From NCBI GenBank assembly GCA_964019335.1, contig OZ025652.1, positions 372,001 through 436,000 on the forward strand: DNA of 64,000 nucleotides, in the 5' to 3' direction. A program made the translations under genes and the position numbers. This document shows, in pieces, positions 24,135 through 34,063 of this stretch. This stretch comes from Diplonema japonicum (lineage: Eukaryota; Protista; Euglenozoa: Diplonemea). Numbering within the stretch: the first letter of the stretch is position 1; every line of letters begins with the position of its first letter. Below the pieces are notes generated by a model, which was not told the DNA's origin, did not search any database, and saw only the letters and a program-made list of their open reading frames with translations.

Positions 24135-25480
24135 CTACTCGCGGGTGAACACAGCGGCAGCACCCATTCCAGTACCAATGCACATCGACACGACACCGGT
24201 GTTCTGCTTGGTGGCCTGGAGGTGGTGGAGGAGAGTCACGGCACAACGGGTACCGGTGGCACCGAGAGGGTGGCCCAGGGCGATGGCACCGCCGAGCGGG
24301 TTCACCTTGTCAGTGTCGAGGCCGAGGTGGTTGATGCAGTACAGCGCCTGCGAAGCGAAGGCCTCGTTCAGCTCGAAGACGTCAATCTCGTCCTTGGAGT
24401 AACCGGTCCTATAAGAATTTTTTTTTCCTCATTTTCCTTTGTTGGTAACATACTGTTCCAGCACAGCAGGGATGGCGAAGGCAGGGCCGACACCCATGAT
24501 CTTGGGGGGAACACCCTTCACGGAGAAACCCCTGAACACACCAAGGATCTGTTTTTTGTTTTTGAAAAAAAAAAAAAACAAAAAAAAAATCATACGGGGA
24601 GGCCCATCTCTTCAGCGGTCTTCCTGCTGCACATCACAACGGCGGCGGCACCGTCAGTCACCTGCGAGGAGTTGCCTGCGTGGGACCCACCGTCGGCCAT
24701 GAAGGCGGGCTTCAGCTTCTGCAGACCCTCAAGGGTGGTGGGGCGGGGGCCCTCGTCCTTGGTCACGGTGATCTTCTCAGTCTTGCCCTCAGCGTTCTTG
24801 CACTTCACAGACACGGGAACAATCTCCTTGTCGAAGGCACCGGACTCCTGGGCCTTGAGCGCCCTGTTGTAGGAGTTAAGGGCGAACTTGTCCTGTGTGA
24901 GACGGTCGATGTTGTACTTCTTGGCAACGTTCTCGCTGGTGACACCCATGGGGATCAGGCAGTCACGGACGACCTGCTTCTCGCCGAGGCGGCCGCTGAG
25001 CTCGGACATCTTTGGGTTGGGGGACTTGCCGCCGAGGGTCATGGACTCCATACCAGCTGCAACACCAACCTTGATGTAGCCGGACTTGATGGCCGCGGCG
25101 ATGTGGGCGATGGACTGCAGACCGCTGCTGCACTGCCTGTTCAGCGACATGACGGAGGACGTCTCGGGGATGCCGGCAAGGAGGGCGGCAAGCCTAGCCT
25201 GGATGGCACCAGCACCAGACATCCCAACGTTGCCCACAACAACGTCGTCGATAATCTCAGGCTTGATGCCCGCCCTGGCGATGGCCTCCTTCATGGCCGC
25301 AGCGCAATAGTCCGTCGGTGCGGTGTCCTTGAAGGCACCCTTCCTGGCCCTTGCCAGTGCCGTCCTGGCACCGGACACGATCACAATATCGTCGGCGTTC
25401 TTCCCCCTCGCACCACACTGCACGTTGTTCATCGCCCTCTCAGGGACCGCCTCCATCATGGTAGCAAGACGAGCAGACAT
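24135..25480 (-). CDS. 3-ketoacyl-CoA thiolase, 3 exons
   Basis: Exons 25480-24596, 24548-24454, 24408-24135. NRQCSSGL, GNSSQVTDGAAA, NEAF, GGAIALGHP, SMCIGTGMG. Confidence 0.95.
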
Positions 25481-25870
25481 TTTTTTTTCTCTTTTTTTTT
25501 TTCTCTTTTTTTTAAGTTTTTTTGACTTTTTTTGACTTGACAAGAGACAATATAAAAAAAACTGAGTGGGGGGAAAAAAAAAGAGGTAGACATCTTTTCT
25601 TTCGCTTTTTTTTTCCCTTCTTTTTTTTTTTTTGGTATGGACAACGAGGGGGAAAGGATTGGGGGAGGGAGGGGAGAATAAAAAAATTCCCCCCCTTCCT
25701 TTTTGTTTGTACGTGCACGTTTCCAACGTCATCTCCCTTTTCTTTATTAGACACGTAGAAGACTAGTTCTTGCAGAGAAAAAAAAAAAGAAAAAAAAAAG
25801 GAGGGGGAAGAAAGATTGAAAAAGAATATAGAACGGGGAAAAGGTGGATATTCAGCTTTTTTCAAGCACG

Positions 25871-25907
<37 letters not shown>

Positions 25908-26042
25908 AATGTTTCCTTCCTTTCTCTCGTCATCTTTTTTTTTCTTCTTGTCCTTCCCAGGTTTCTTTCCCCCCAAAAAAAAATGCACGTTTTGTAAAAA
26001 AAGTACAAAAAATATTATAGCTCCCCCCCCCCAAAAAAAAAC

Positions 26043-26372
26043 CTAGTAGTACTTTTTAAGCAAAGACCTTGTGCAACCTACTTTCGAACCAGATGTGGCT
26101 TTCCACACTCCGCCTATAGGTTTCGGTGCTTTTCGACGTTCTTCCTTTTCCTTCAAGTATTTTGCATCATATGTGTCTGGCTTGCCTTCTAAGGCCTTCG
26201 TCCAGTTATTTAGATTCCCTTGTTCCCCCCGTTTGGGTGGTGAGGTGTATTTGAACGGCCCGGAGAGGGTTCTATCCTTCTCCTTCGGTTTGTCTTTGAG
26301 CGGTGGCAGAGGTTTTTCCGCAGAGTAGATCTTTGAAATACCAGACGCTTCGGCTTCGTCAAAAGTTTGTTT

Positions 26373-26411
<39 letters not shown>

Positions 26412-27095
26412 CCATTCCAAGGATACCTTAGCCGACGACCTAAAAGGCTTTGCACCGTTTGCAAGTCCAATCTGTCGTTTTTTTGCCGCCGCGCGTTCTT
26501 CTTTTTCTTTCGCTCTCCATCCTTCGTACGGATCACCTTTACTATCTTTCGGAGGTTCCGGATTAGAGAAATATATCCCACCACCAGTCATCCCAAACCC
26601 ACCTGTCTTCGGGAAATGCACGCTAATATTTGCAGGCTGCCTTTTCGGAGGTTCAGGTTTGTCACCTTTCTTGATAACCTCTGTCTCTTGTTCATGAGAG
26701 TACGGGGTTTTTTCAGAGAATGTCCCCATGTACGTACCGGCCCCGACGCTTTTCTTTGCAGGGGAAGGGTGCTTCCATGGGCCGGATAATATTAGTTTTT
26801 TCGATGTGTCGAGAGTTTTCTTCTCGAGATCACTTTTCCCAGGGTCGGTGAATTTATCATCCAATCGCCTTGTCTCCTTGTCGAAGTAGACATCAGGTGT
26901 TCTTCCTAGCTTGCATGGCACGGTTGTCATATTTGCCCCAGCATGTCTCGTGGGCACTTCTGTTGTTTTTACATATTCGTCGTCTATTCCAATGTAACCC
27001 GTGTCCTGGAAGCCGCCGAAGGTAGTCCCTCCCAACCCAGCCTTCTTCTCTACTGGTGGGACTTTTATGGGTGGCTTCTTGGACTTTTTCCCCAT
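26043..27095 (-). CDS. Cilia/flagella-associated protein CFAP96 (C4orf47)-like, 2 exons
   Basis: FGGFQDTGYIGIDDEY, YFD, W..PSPAKK..G.GTY.GT pattern. In-frame intron 26376-26426 appears as VSLEW-polyK in the ORF track. Confidence 0.7.
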
Positions 27096-27339
27096 TTTTT
27101 TTGTCTTTTTTTGCTAATTTTTTTTTTGTGGTGAAAGAGTTTTTCAGGAAGGTGGAAATAAAAAATATGGGAAAAAAAAAAACCTCCCCTGCCAAAGTAA
27201 TGGGCTAAGGTTAACAGTTTAAGAAGGGGTGGGGTGGGGGGGGAACACGTTTCCTTAAGTATCTGAAAAATAAGGAAAACGGAAATGTTTCCCCGTTTCT
27301 TTCCAACATAGCCCCCCCCCCCCCCCCCCCCCCCCCCCC

Positions 27340-27497
27340 GGGCTATGCTGGCATGGAAATGCGTTTCCATGCATTTTTTGAAAAAAAGGGAAACGGAAAC
27401 GTTTCCTTATGTTTCCTTAAGAAGGAAACGCGTTTCCATAAGAATTTTGAAAGGTATGGAAACGGAAACGTTTCCATGTTTCCTGCCAGCATAGCCC
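27340..27497. mobile_element. MITE / non-autonomous DNA transposon
   Basis: Terminal inverted repeats GGGCTATGCTGGCA...TGCCAGCATAGCCC, internal GGAAAC/GTTTCC palindromes, and C-run/G flanks. A degenerate partial copy lies at about 27240-27315. Confidence 0.75.
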
Positions 27498-27887
27498 CCC
27501 CCGGGGGGGGGGGGGGGGGGGTTCTTTCTGTTATGGCAGGGATTAGGTTTAGAATAGGAAAAGAAGAGAAAAAAGGCGGAAACAAAAAAAAAGGAGGGAA
27601 AACACGTTTGTCGAGGATCATCTACTTTGAAGAAAAATAAAAAATATATATGAGGGAAAAAGGGAGGTGCTATACCTTTATTTTTTGTTCTCGCTTTTTT
27701 TTTTTTTTTCCTCTTGCCTGTAGGAGAAAAAAGAATTTTAAAGGCGGAAGAAAAAAAAAAAGAAAAAAAGAAAGGGAGGGTGAAAAAAAAAAAAAAAAAA
27801 CAAAAGGAAAGGACCTCCCTCAAACACCCCAAAAAACACTAATTCTAAAATTTTACAAAAAAAAGAAAAAAAATATTATTCCCCCGC

Positions 27888-29278
27888 TTAGTCAGACTCG
27901 TTATCATCGTCACCATCATCAGCAGCAGTGCGGTTGTCTTCTCTAGCCTGCACTTCAAGAACGTATCTGGAAAATAAAATAAAAATTTGTTTCCAATATT
28001 TTACCGGAATTTTACATACTCGGGGCAAAGCTGGCCTTCTTCAAAAAGGTACCATTCTAAGTAATTCGGCGAGGAATGTGAATCGAATCCCTTTGCAGGT
28101 TGCAGTCCTGTTTTCACAGCAGGGATATGCTTGCTCTTCCCAGGGAGGGTTTTGAACATAATGGTTTTTGCTTTTTGGTCGTTGTCCAGAGCCGTACAGT
28201 CATTGCTGTATTTGAAGGTGTAGTCTGCGTACTTAGAGACATAGACACCTTTTTTATTAGTACCAAACCATCCGTCATCCGTGCTGTTTTTGCAGGGGTT
28301 CAGAGGGTGTTTGAAACGGAGCAGGGACGTGCGGAGAATGGAGGGAATGTTCTTTGGGTTCGAACCGTGGAAAGAAACGCGCTCCCTCCACCTCTCCTTT
28401 TCCTTGGGGTATTTATCTTTCATGGTTTTCCTCATCTTGTTGAACCGGTCTTCAAGAACTTTGTTCTTTACCTTTTCCGCCCCGATTAGGATAAATGTCA
28501 ATGGTTTTTTCCCCGCCTTCACCCTCGACTTATTGTAGTCGTCATTGCGGCCCTGCAGATGCGCGTTAAGCTTCTCCTCAATTTCCCAAAACTCTTCACA
28601 ATCCTTCTCAATTGGGGCCAATGTGAACGTGGCTTTCTTGAGCTTAGCAACTTCATCTTCTTCATCATCATCGTCATCTTCATCCTTTTCAACCTTTTTT
28701 TCAACTTTCTTTTTCTTCTTCGGGGGTGATTCTTCCGGTTCCTCTTCTTTTTTCGTCTTTTTGGTTTTTTTGGGTTTGGGGTCTTCCTCTTCTTCTTCTT
28801 CTTCTTCTTCGGGGGTTTCTTCTTTTTTGGATTTTTTGGATGTTTTCGATTTCTTGCTTTTTTTCCCAACGTCTTGCTCTTCTTCCGCTTCTTCAAACAG
28901 TGCAATGCACTTCTTCTTCGCAGAGGAAGAAACATCATCGTGGGGGTTGCTAGCGTCCACTGACGGGTAGTCGCCGTAGCAGTTTTTCTTCAACGCTGCA
29001 CCCTCACCAAGAAGGTATTCCACTACCTTGTAATGCCCTCCATAAGCGGCCCCGTGCAGAGGGGTGGACTCCGATCCCTCTTCTTCGTTCTTAAGATTGA
29101 TATTCGCACCGGTCTCTATTAAATACTTCACGACAGGTAAGTGGCCAAACCTTGCTGCTGTGTACAAAAGTGTTGTGCCTCGTTCTTTATGATGGCTGTC
29201 AAGTTTGTTCGACTTTGTGCTGGACTTGACCTTGGCCAGGTCACCACTGAAAGCTGCATCGAATGCCTTTGCCGACAT
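27888..29278 (-). CDS. Ankyrin + acidic linker + PARP/ART-like catalytic domain, 2 exons
   Basis: Exons 29278-28020 and 27966-27888. Ankyrin motifs; FHGS, GWFG..GVYVS..Y, and EWYLF...LCPEYVL consistent with an H-Y-E triad. Confidence 0.75.
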
Positions 29279-29330
29279 TTTCTCTTCTTTTTTTTTTTTC
29301 CCTCCCCCTCTGCAAAAATTTTACCAATGG

Positions 29331-29364
<34 letters not shown>

Positions 29365-29454
29365 GATAAAAAAAAAGTGCGTTGTGTGGGTGGGGGGAAG
29401 AATGTTATAAAAAAAAAGGGGGGGGGGAATAAAGGGGGAATGACATATTCGGGT

Positions 29455-30358
29455 CTACCTTCTCCTTTTCCTGGGCCTGCTGTCGGGTGAGGATGAGGAT
29501 GAGTATGACGATGAAGAGGATCTCGAGCTTGACACACTATACCTCCGTTTTCTTTTCTGCGGTGTTTCGCTGGTGTCTCTACGCTTCCTTTTCTTCGGCG
29601 ATTCCTTTTCTTTGGTGATCTCCTCCTTCTTCAGTACATCATCTACAAGGTTGGCTGCGTCCTTCTTTACGTCCTTGGCGTGCTTCTTTTCCTTCTTCTT
29701 TTTCTTCTTCGCGTCTTTTTTCGCTTTCTTCTCTTCCTTCTTTCTTCTCTTTTTCGCTTCTTTTTCCGCTTTCTTTGCAACAAGCTTGCGTTCTTCCTCG
29801 GCAATCTCTGCCTCAAGCTTCAGCCGCTCGTCGGCTTCTTCCTTCTCGCGTCGTTTGGCAATTCGTTCTTGTTTAATGTTTTCCTAGATGTGTGTGATTT
29901 TTTTCTTCTTTTTTTTTTTTTTTTTTGTATACCTGTAATTCCCTGTCAAATGCTTGTCCTTCTTCATAGGCTGAGGGTACAGAGAACGCTTCTTTGAAAT
30001 CTGCAAGTGATTTCTTCGGCATCGCATCTTCAACTGCTTGTTGTTCCTGTTGTTCGTTCGTGTACTCCCTTCTGAGTCTTATGAGCTCGTCTTCAATCTG
30101 TTCCTCGGTGAGCTTTCCTTCTTCCTCCATGTCTTCCCTCTGCACCAAAAGCTTCAGCTCGATGGCTCGCTTTAGTTCGTGTTCCTTGATGTCCTTCCCC
30201 TTTTCCTGCCGGATTACATCCGGCTTGTAGTAGCTCCGCGTGTTCCACATGAGAGCGGTCCTCCCACCACCCTGTGCGAGCTGCCCCGCATTGCGCTGGA
30301 TAAAACCAGAGGTGCCCGACCCTCTGGGCGTTGTGAGACCCACACCATTGTAGGTCAT
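29455..30358 (-). CDS. CWC21: Splicing factor Cwc21/SRRM2 N-terminal-like, 2 exons
   Basis: YNGVGLTTPRGSGTSGFIQRN and HELKRAIELK signatures. Intron 29884-29932; K/E/S-rich tail. Confidence 0.85.
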
Positions 30359-30514
30359 TTTTTAACGATTTTCTTTTTTTTTTTTTTTTTCCCCTTTCCT
30401 CTGAGATTTACCCCCCCCTTTTTTTTTGAAAAACGAACCCCTTTAAAAAAAGAAAAACTCAAAAAGAAAAATCCGTTGGTAGGAATACCAGGGGTTTTTT
30501 TTTTCCCTTCTTTT

Positions 30515-31132
30515 TCACTTTTCTGCATCTTGAGGTGCGGGATCAGGGTCAGGGTCAGGGTCAGGGTCATCCATGTCGAACATATCCATGTCGCCGACTA
30601 GTTTCTCTGCTTTGAGCTGATCGTCGTAGTCATCAAGAGCATCTTCGAAGTCAAAGGACACAACGCATGTTGCGAGTGCGAGCAGCATGCCCATCACAGC
30701 GAAGGAAAGCTTTGCCCTGTTCTGTGCCACACCGCTGGCGCAGTCGGCGGAGTTGCTGGATTGCGAGAACGATTGGTGGGGAGAACAGACAGCCTCGGCG
30801 GTCTCTTCCTTGTTCACAGTCACGAAGAGGAAGAGCGTCACTGTGGAAAGAACCCATAGCTGGAAGATGAAGTACAACCTAGTCAGCATCTCGTGCTTTG
30901 TTATTCCCGCGATCAGCCCGACCACTCCAGAGGCTGTTCCCACCGTTCCACTGAAAATGTCTGTCACCTTAACCCGCTCATTGTCCTTCTTCGTGGCCGC
31001 CGACAAGTACAACACGGCGCACGACATCATGATCTGCACTGTTGCCAGGACGGCCTGCGCCTTCCCCAGTTGCATCACCTTCGCTTCGACGTTCTGGTCG
31101 TCATCTTCATCTTCTTGAGGCGACTCGCTCAT
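30515..31132 (-). CDS. Four-transmembrane protein of unknown function
   Basis: Four hydrophobic segments, a Cys pair in the large loop, and an acidic DP-repeat tail. Confidence 0.65.
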   Translation of the reverse strand: MSESPQEDEDDDQNVEAKVMQLGKAQAVLATVQIMMSCAVLYLSAATKKDNERVKVTDIFSGTVGTASGVVGLIAGITKHEMLTRLYFIFQLWVLSTVTLFLFVTVNKEETAEAVCSPHQSFSQSSNSADCASGVAQNRAKLSFAVMGMLLALATCVVSFDFEDALDDYDDQLKAEKLVGDMDMFDMDDPDPDPDPDPAPQDAEK

Positions 31133-31624
31133 GTAAGGACGGAACTCCCGTTTTCTTTTTCTTTTTCTTTTTCTTTTTTTTTTTCCAGAAGGGAAAAGGA
31201 GAAAAAAGTCAGGGCAGGACGAAGGATTTTGAAGATGTACACTCGCAGACAGCTCAGGGGGGAACGTGGTGCAACCGTGTCCAGTACATCTCAAAACATG
31301 TGGGAGTCGAGGGGAGGAGGCGGACAGAGCAGCAGACGTCCGTTTGTGAAGTTTTAAATTATTTTTTTGAGGGCGGCAGGAAAAAAAAAATCGAAAAAAA
31401 AGGCAGCACGGGGAAAAAAAAGAAGAAGAAGAAGAAAAAAAAAAAGTGTGGGACAGAAGGAAGAAAAGAACAAAAAAAAATATGAAACACAACAATCTCC
31501 TTTTTTTTTTTTTTCCTCCTTTTCTTATTAAGAATACGAAAACAAAGGGGAGGGAAAGGGCGGGGGGGGGGGGGGGGGGGAATTGTACGAATCACTTCCC
31601 CCCCCCCCTTTTTTTTCAATTATT

Positions 31625-32452
31625 TCACACGGTAATGTTATAAGAAGGCGTGAGAATGTCGTACACCGAAAAGGACCGCCCCCAGAACTGCTCGATATAG
31701 TCAGTCTGCATGCGCACGCCCACCTTATGTGGAACGTAGGGGGGGTCGTATGGTGTGTACATCACATCCACGTGCTCCCGAACAACAGATATCTGTGATG
31801 GTTTAAACCCACGAGCAGTCACCTGCTCTATAGCAAAGGGCCGGTTCATGATACACATATTCTCGTGGACCCCCATGTAGATGAGGTTGGTGATGTTCTT
31901 AGCAACCAGAATGTTCCAAAGCTCCTGCTGCGCGGGTCCGTCCTCAGCGGTAATTAGGAAATCCTTATCGCCATCGATTGTAAGAGTTGAAATCTGCCTC
32001 TTCCATGGACTTCCCTGTGGAGCAGGTACGTCGCAGCCTCCATCAGTAGTGGCATTGATTGGAAACGGTGGAACCTCTTTAAACACAGGTTCAGGTACTG
32101 TAACGTTAGGAAGTGCTAGTGTCCTCTCCCTTACCTTTGTGTTGTTGTAGAATCCTGTGACCTGTGAAGGTGCCCAAATCACTTGGTAGCCATAGTTTCT
32201 CATTAAACCTACTGTTTTATTCATGGGTCCGGCAAGGGCTGCAACTCTGCTTGTGGCCGATGGGCACCAATGTTGGTTCCACATATCGACGATGATAACT
32301 GCGTGCTGGGCTGGGTTGATATTCTCCACCTCCTGCTGGTACATCCACTCCTCCCTGCCAGTTCGTGAAATCGTTTTCTTTCTATAGTTTATCTTCAAAC
32401 CGTTTGTCACGGACAGCATGCAACACAACGCTAACAAACTGGTTTTAAACAT
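31625..32452 (-). CDS. Secreted isochorismatase/nicotinamidase-family cysteine hydrolase
   Basis: Signal peptide; AVIIVDMW..HWC and YMGVHENMCI motifs. Intronless. Confidence 0.7.
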   Translation of the reverse strand: MFKTSLLALCCMLSVTNGLKINYRKKTISRTGREEWMYQQEVENINPAQHAVIIVDMWNQHWCPSATSRVAALAGPMNKTVGLMRNYGYQVIWAPSQVTGFYNNTKVRERTLALPNVTVPEPVFKEVPPFPINATTDGGCDVPAPQGSPWKRQISTLTIDGDKDFLITAEDGPAQQELWNILVAKNITNLIYMGVHENMCIMNRPFAIEQVTARGFKPSQISVVREHVDVMYTPYDPPYVPHKVGVRMQTDYIEQFWGRSFSVYDILTPSYNITV

Positions 32453-34063
32453 TTTTTTTTTTTTGTTTCTTTTTTTTTTTTTTTTTCTCTTTCTCTTCAC
32501 GTGTACTCGCCTTTTATTTATTTATTATTATTTTTTTTTTTCCCCTTTCTCTCTCCCGGAGCGAGTTTGAATTTAAAAAAAAAAACCGAAAAATAAAAAA
32601 ACCAAGAGGGAAAGGGTGAGAGGGGGGGAACAGGTCAACAAAGATGGGGAGGGGAGAAAAAAAAAAACCAAAGAAAAAAGAGTCTGGATTTTGGTGTGGC
32701 GATGTGCATTTTTTTTTTTCTTCTTTTTTTTGTGGATAAACAGAAAAAGTATTTAAAAAAAAAAGAAAATAAAGCGGTTGAACGTTAACCAAGAACCGAG
32801 GAAGGGGGGAGGGGAGGGGGGTGACGGAAGAAAGGTGAAAAAAAGGGACCAGAAAAAAAAGGGAAGGGAAAAAAGAAAAAAAAAAGAAAAAAAACATGAA
32901 AAGTGAACAACAAAAAAAAAAAAAAAAAAGGATAGCAGGTTTGTAGGGGAGAGACAAAAGGGAACAATAAAACAAGGGGTCATTGAGGCACCTCTATAAA
33001 AAAACTGAAGAAGAGAAGACCGGAGGGGAAGATCCTCTTGTTTACTTTCTTTTTCCCCTTTCTAACGGGAACTGGGGTGGGGCATCTCCTGTCCTTCCCC
33101 TTGCGTACATGAACAGTGAAGGAGAAACAAAAAAAAAAAAAAAAAAAAAAAAAAAAGGTACAAAAAAAAGAACACTTACAGTCACCCTCAAAAAGAGAAA
33201 AAAGAGGAAAACTGAGGGAAGAGTAACGTGGAAGAGGGACAATGGAAAAGGGGGGGAAATGGGGGGAACATACAGGGAGATCTTACGTGGAATGATGGAG
33301 GGGAAGAAAATAAAATAAAATAAAAAATGGAGTGAGGGGGGGTTAAAGATGCAATACAAAGGACTTCAAACTATAAGTTTTTTTTTTTAAATTTTTTTTT
33401 AGAAAGAAAGAAGCGGGTAAGGGCACTCGCACGGAGCAAAAAGAGGGGGGAAAGCACCAGGAAAAAGGGAAGGGGCTCCAGGTTTCCAAGGGGGGAGGGG
33501 GGGTTACAAAGTATGAAAAAGAAAATAAAGACAAGTAACCCCTTTCAAAAAAAGAAAAGCCCAGTTCTTTTTCTTTCTAAAAAAAAAAAGAGGAGAGGGG
33601 GGGGATGATGCACGCAACCATTATAGAGGGGCCCCTATATTTATTCGGAGTAAAAAGCAATACCTGCTTTTTTTTTAAATTTTTTTAAATTTTTTTAAAT
33701 CTTTTACTTATTCTCTCTTCAGATCTTTCTTCTTTTTTTTTTTATTCCGCTGTTGTCTCTCCCCTATTTTTTTTTCTTCTTCTTTCGCCAAATCTTTTCT
33801 TTTTCTATTTTTTTTCACTTTCATTTTCTTTTTTTCCAAACCTTTTTTTTTATCTCTCTCTCTCTTCATTTTTTTTTTTCCCTCCTTTCCTTTCCAGCCC
33901 ATTTTTTTTTCACCTGGTTAAAAAAAAAAAAAAAACAAAAAAAAAAACAAAAAAAAAAAAACTCAATTCTCTTCCAAGGGGAGGGGTGAGAAAAAAAAAG
34001 GTACACTTAAAAAAAAAAGGGGGGGGTTTTTTTTTTCCTCATTTTTTTTTCCACCTGTCAACT

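Noticed and set aside
27245-27497. CRISPR-like repeats
   Set aside because: Irregular spacing, no unique spacers, no cas genes, and a eukaryotic context; better explained as a MITE.
14648-32452. PhzE-like gene plus isochorismatase as a phenazine (phzD/E) cluster
   Set aside because: They lie 15 kb apart with unrelated genes between. The hydrolase is secreted and does not look PhzD-like, and no phzA/B/F/G is seen.
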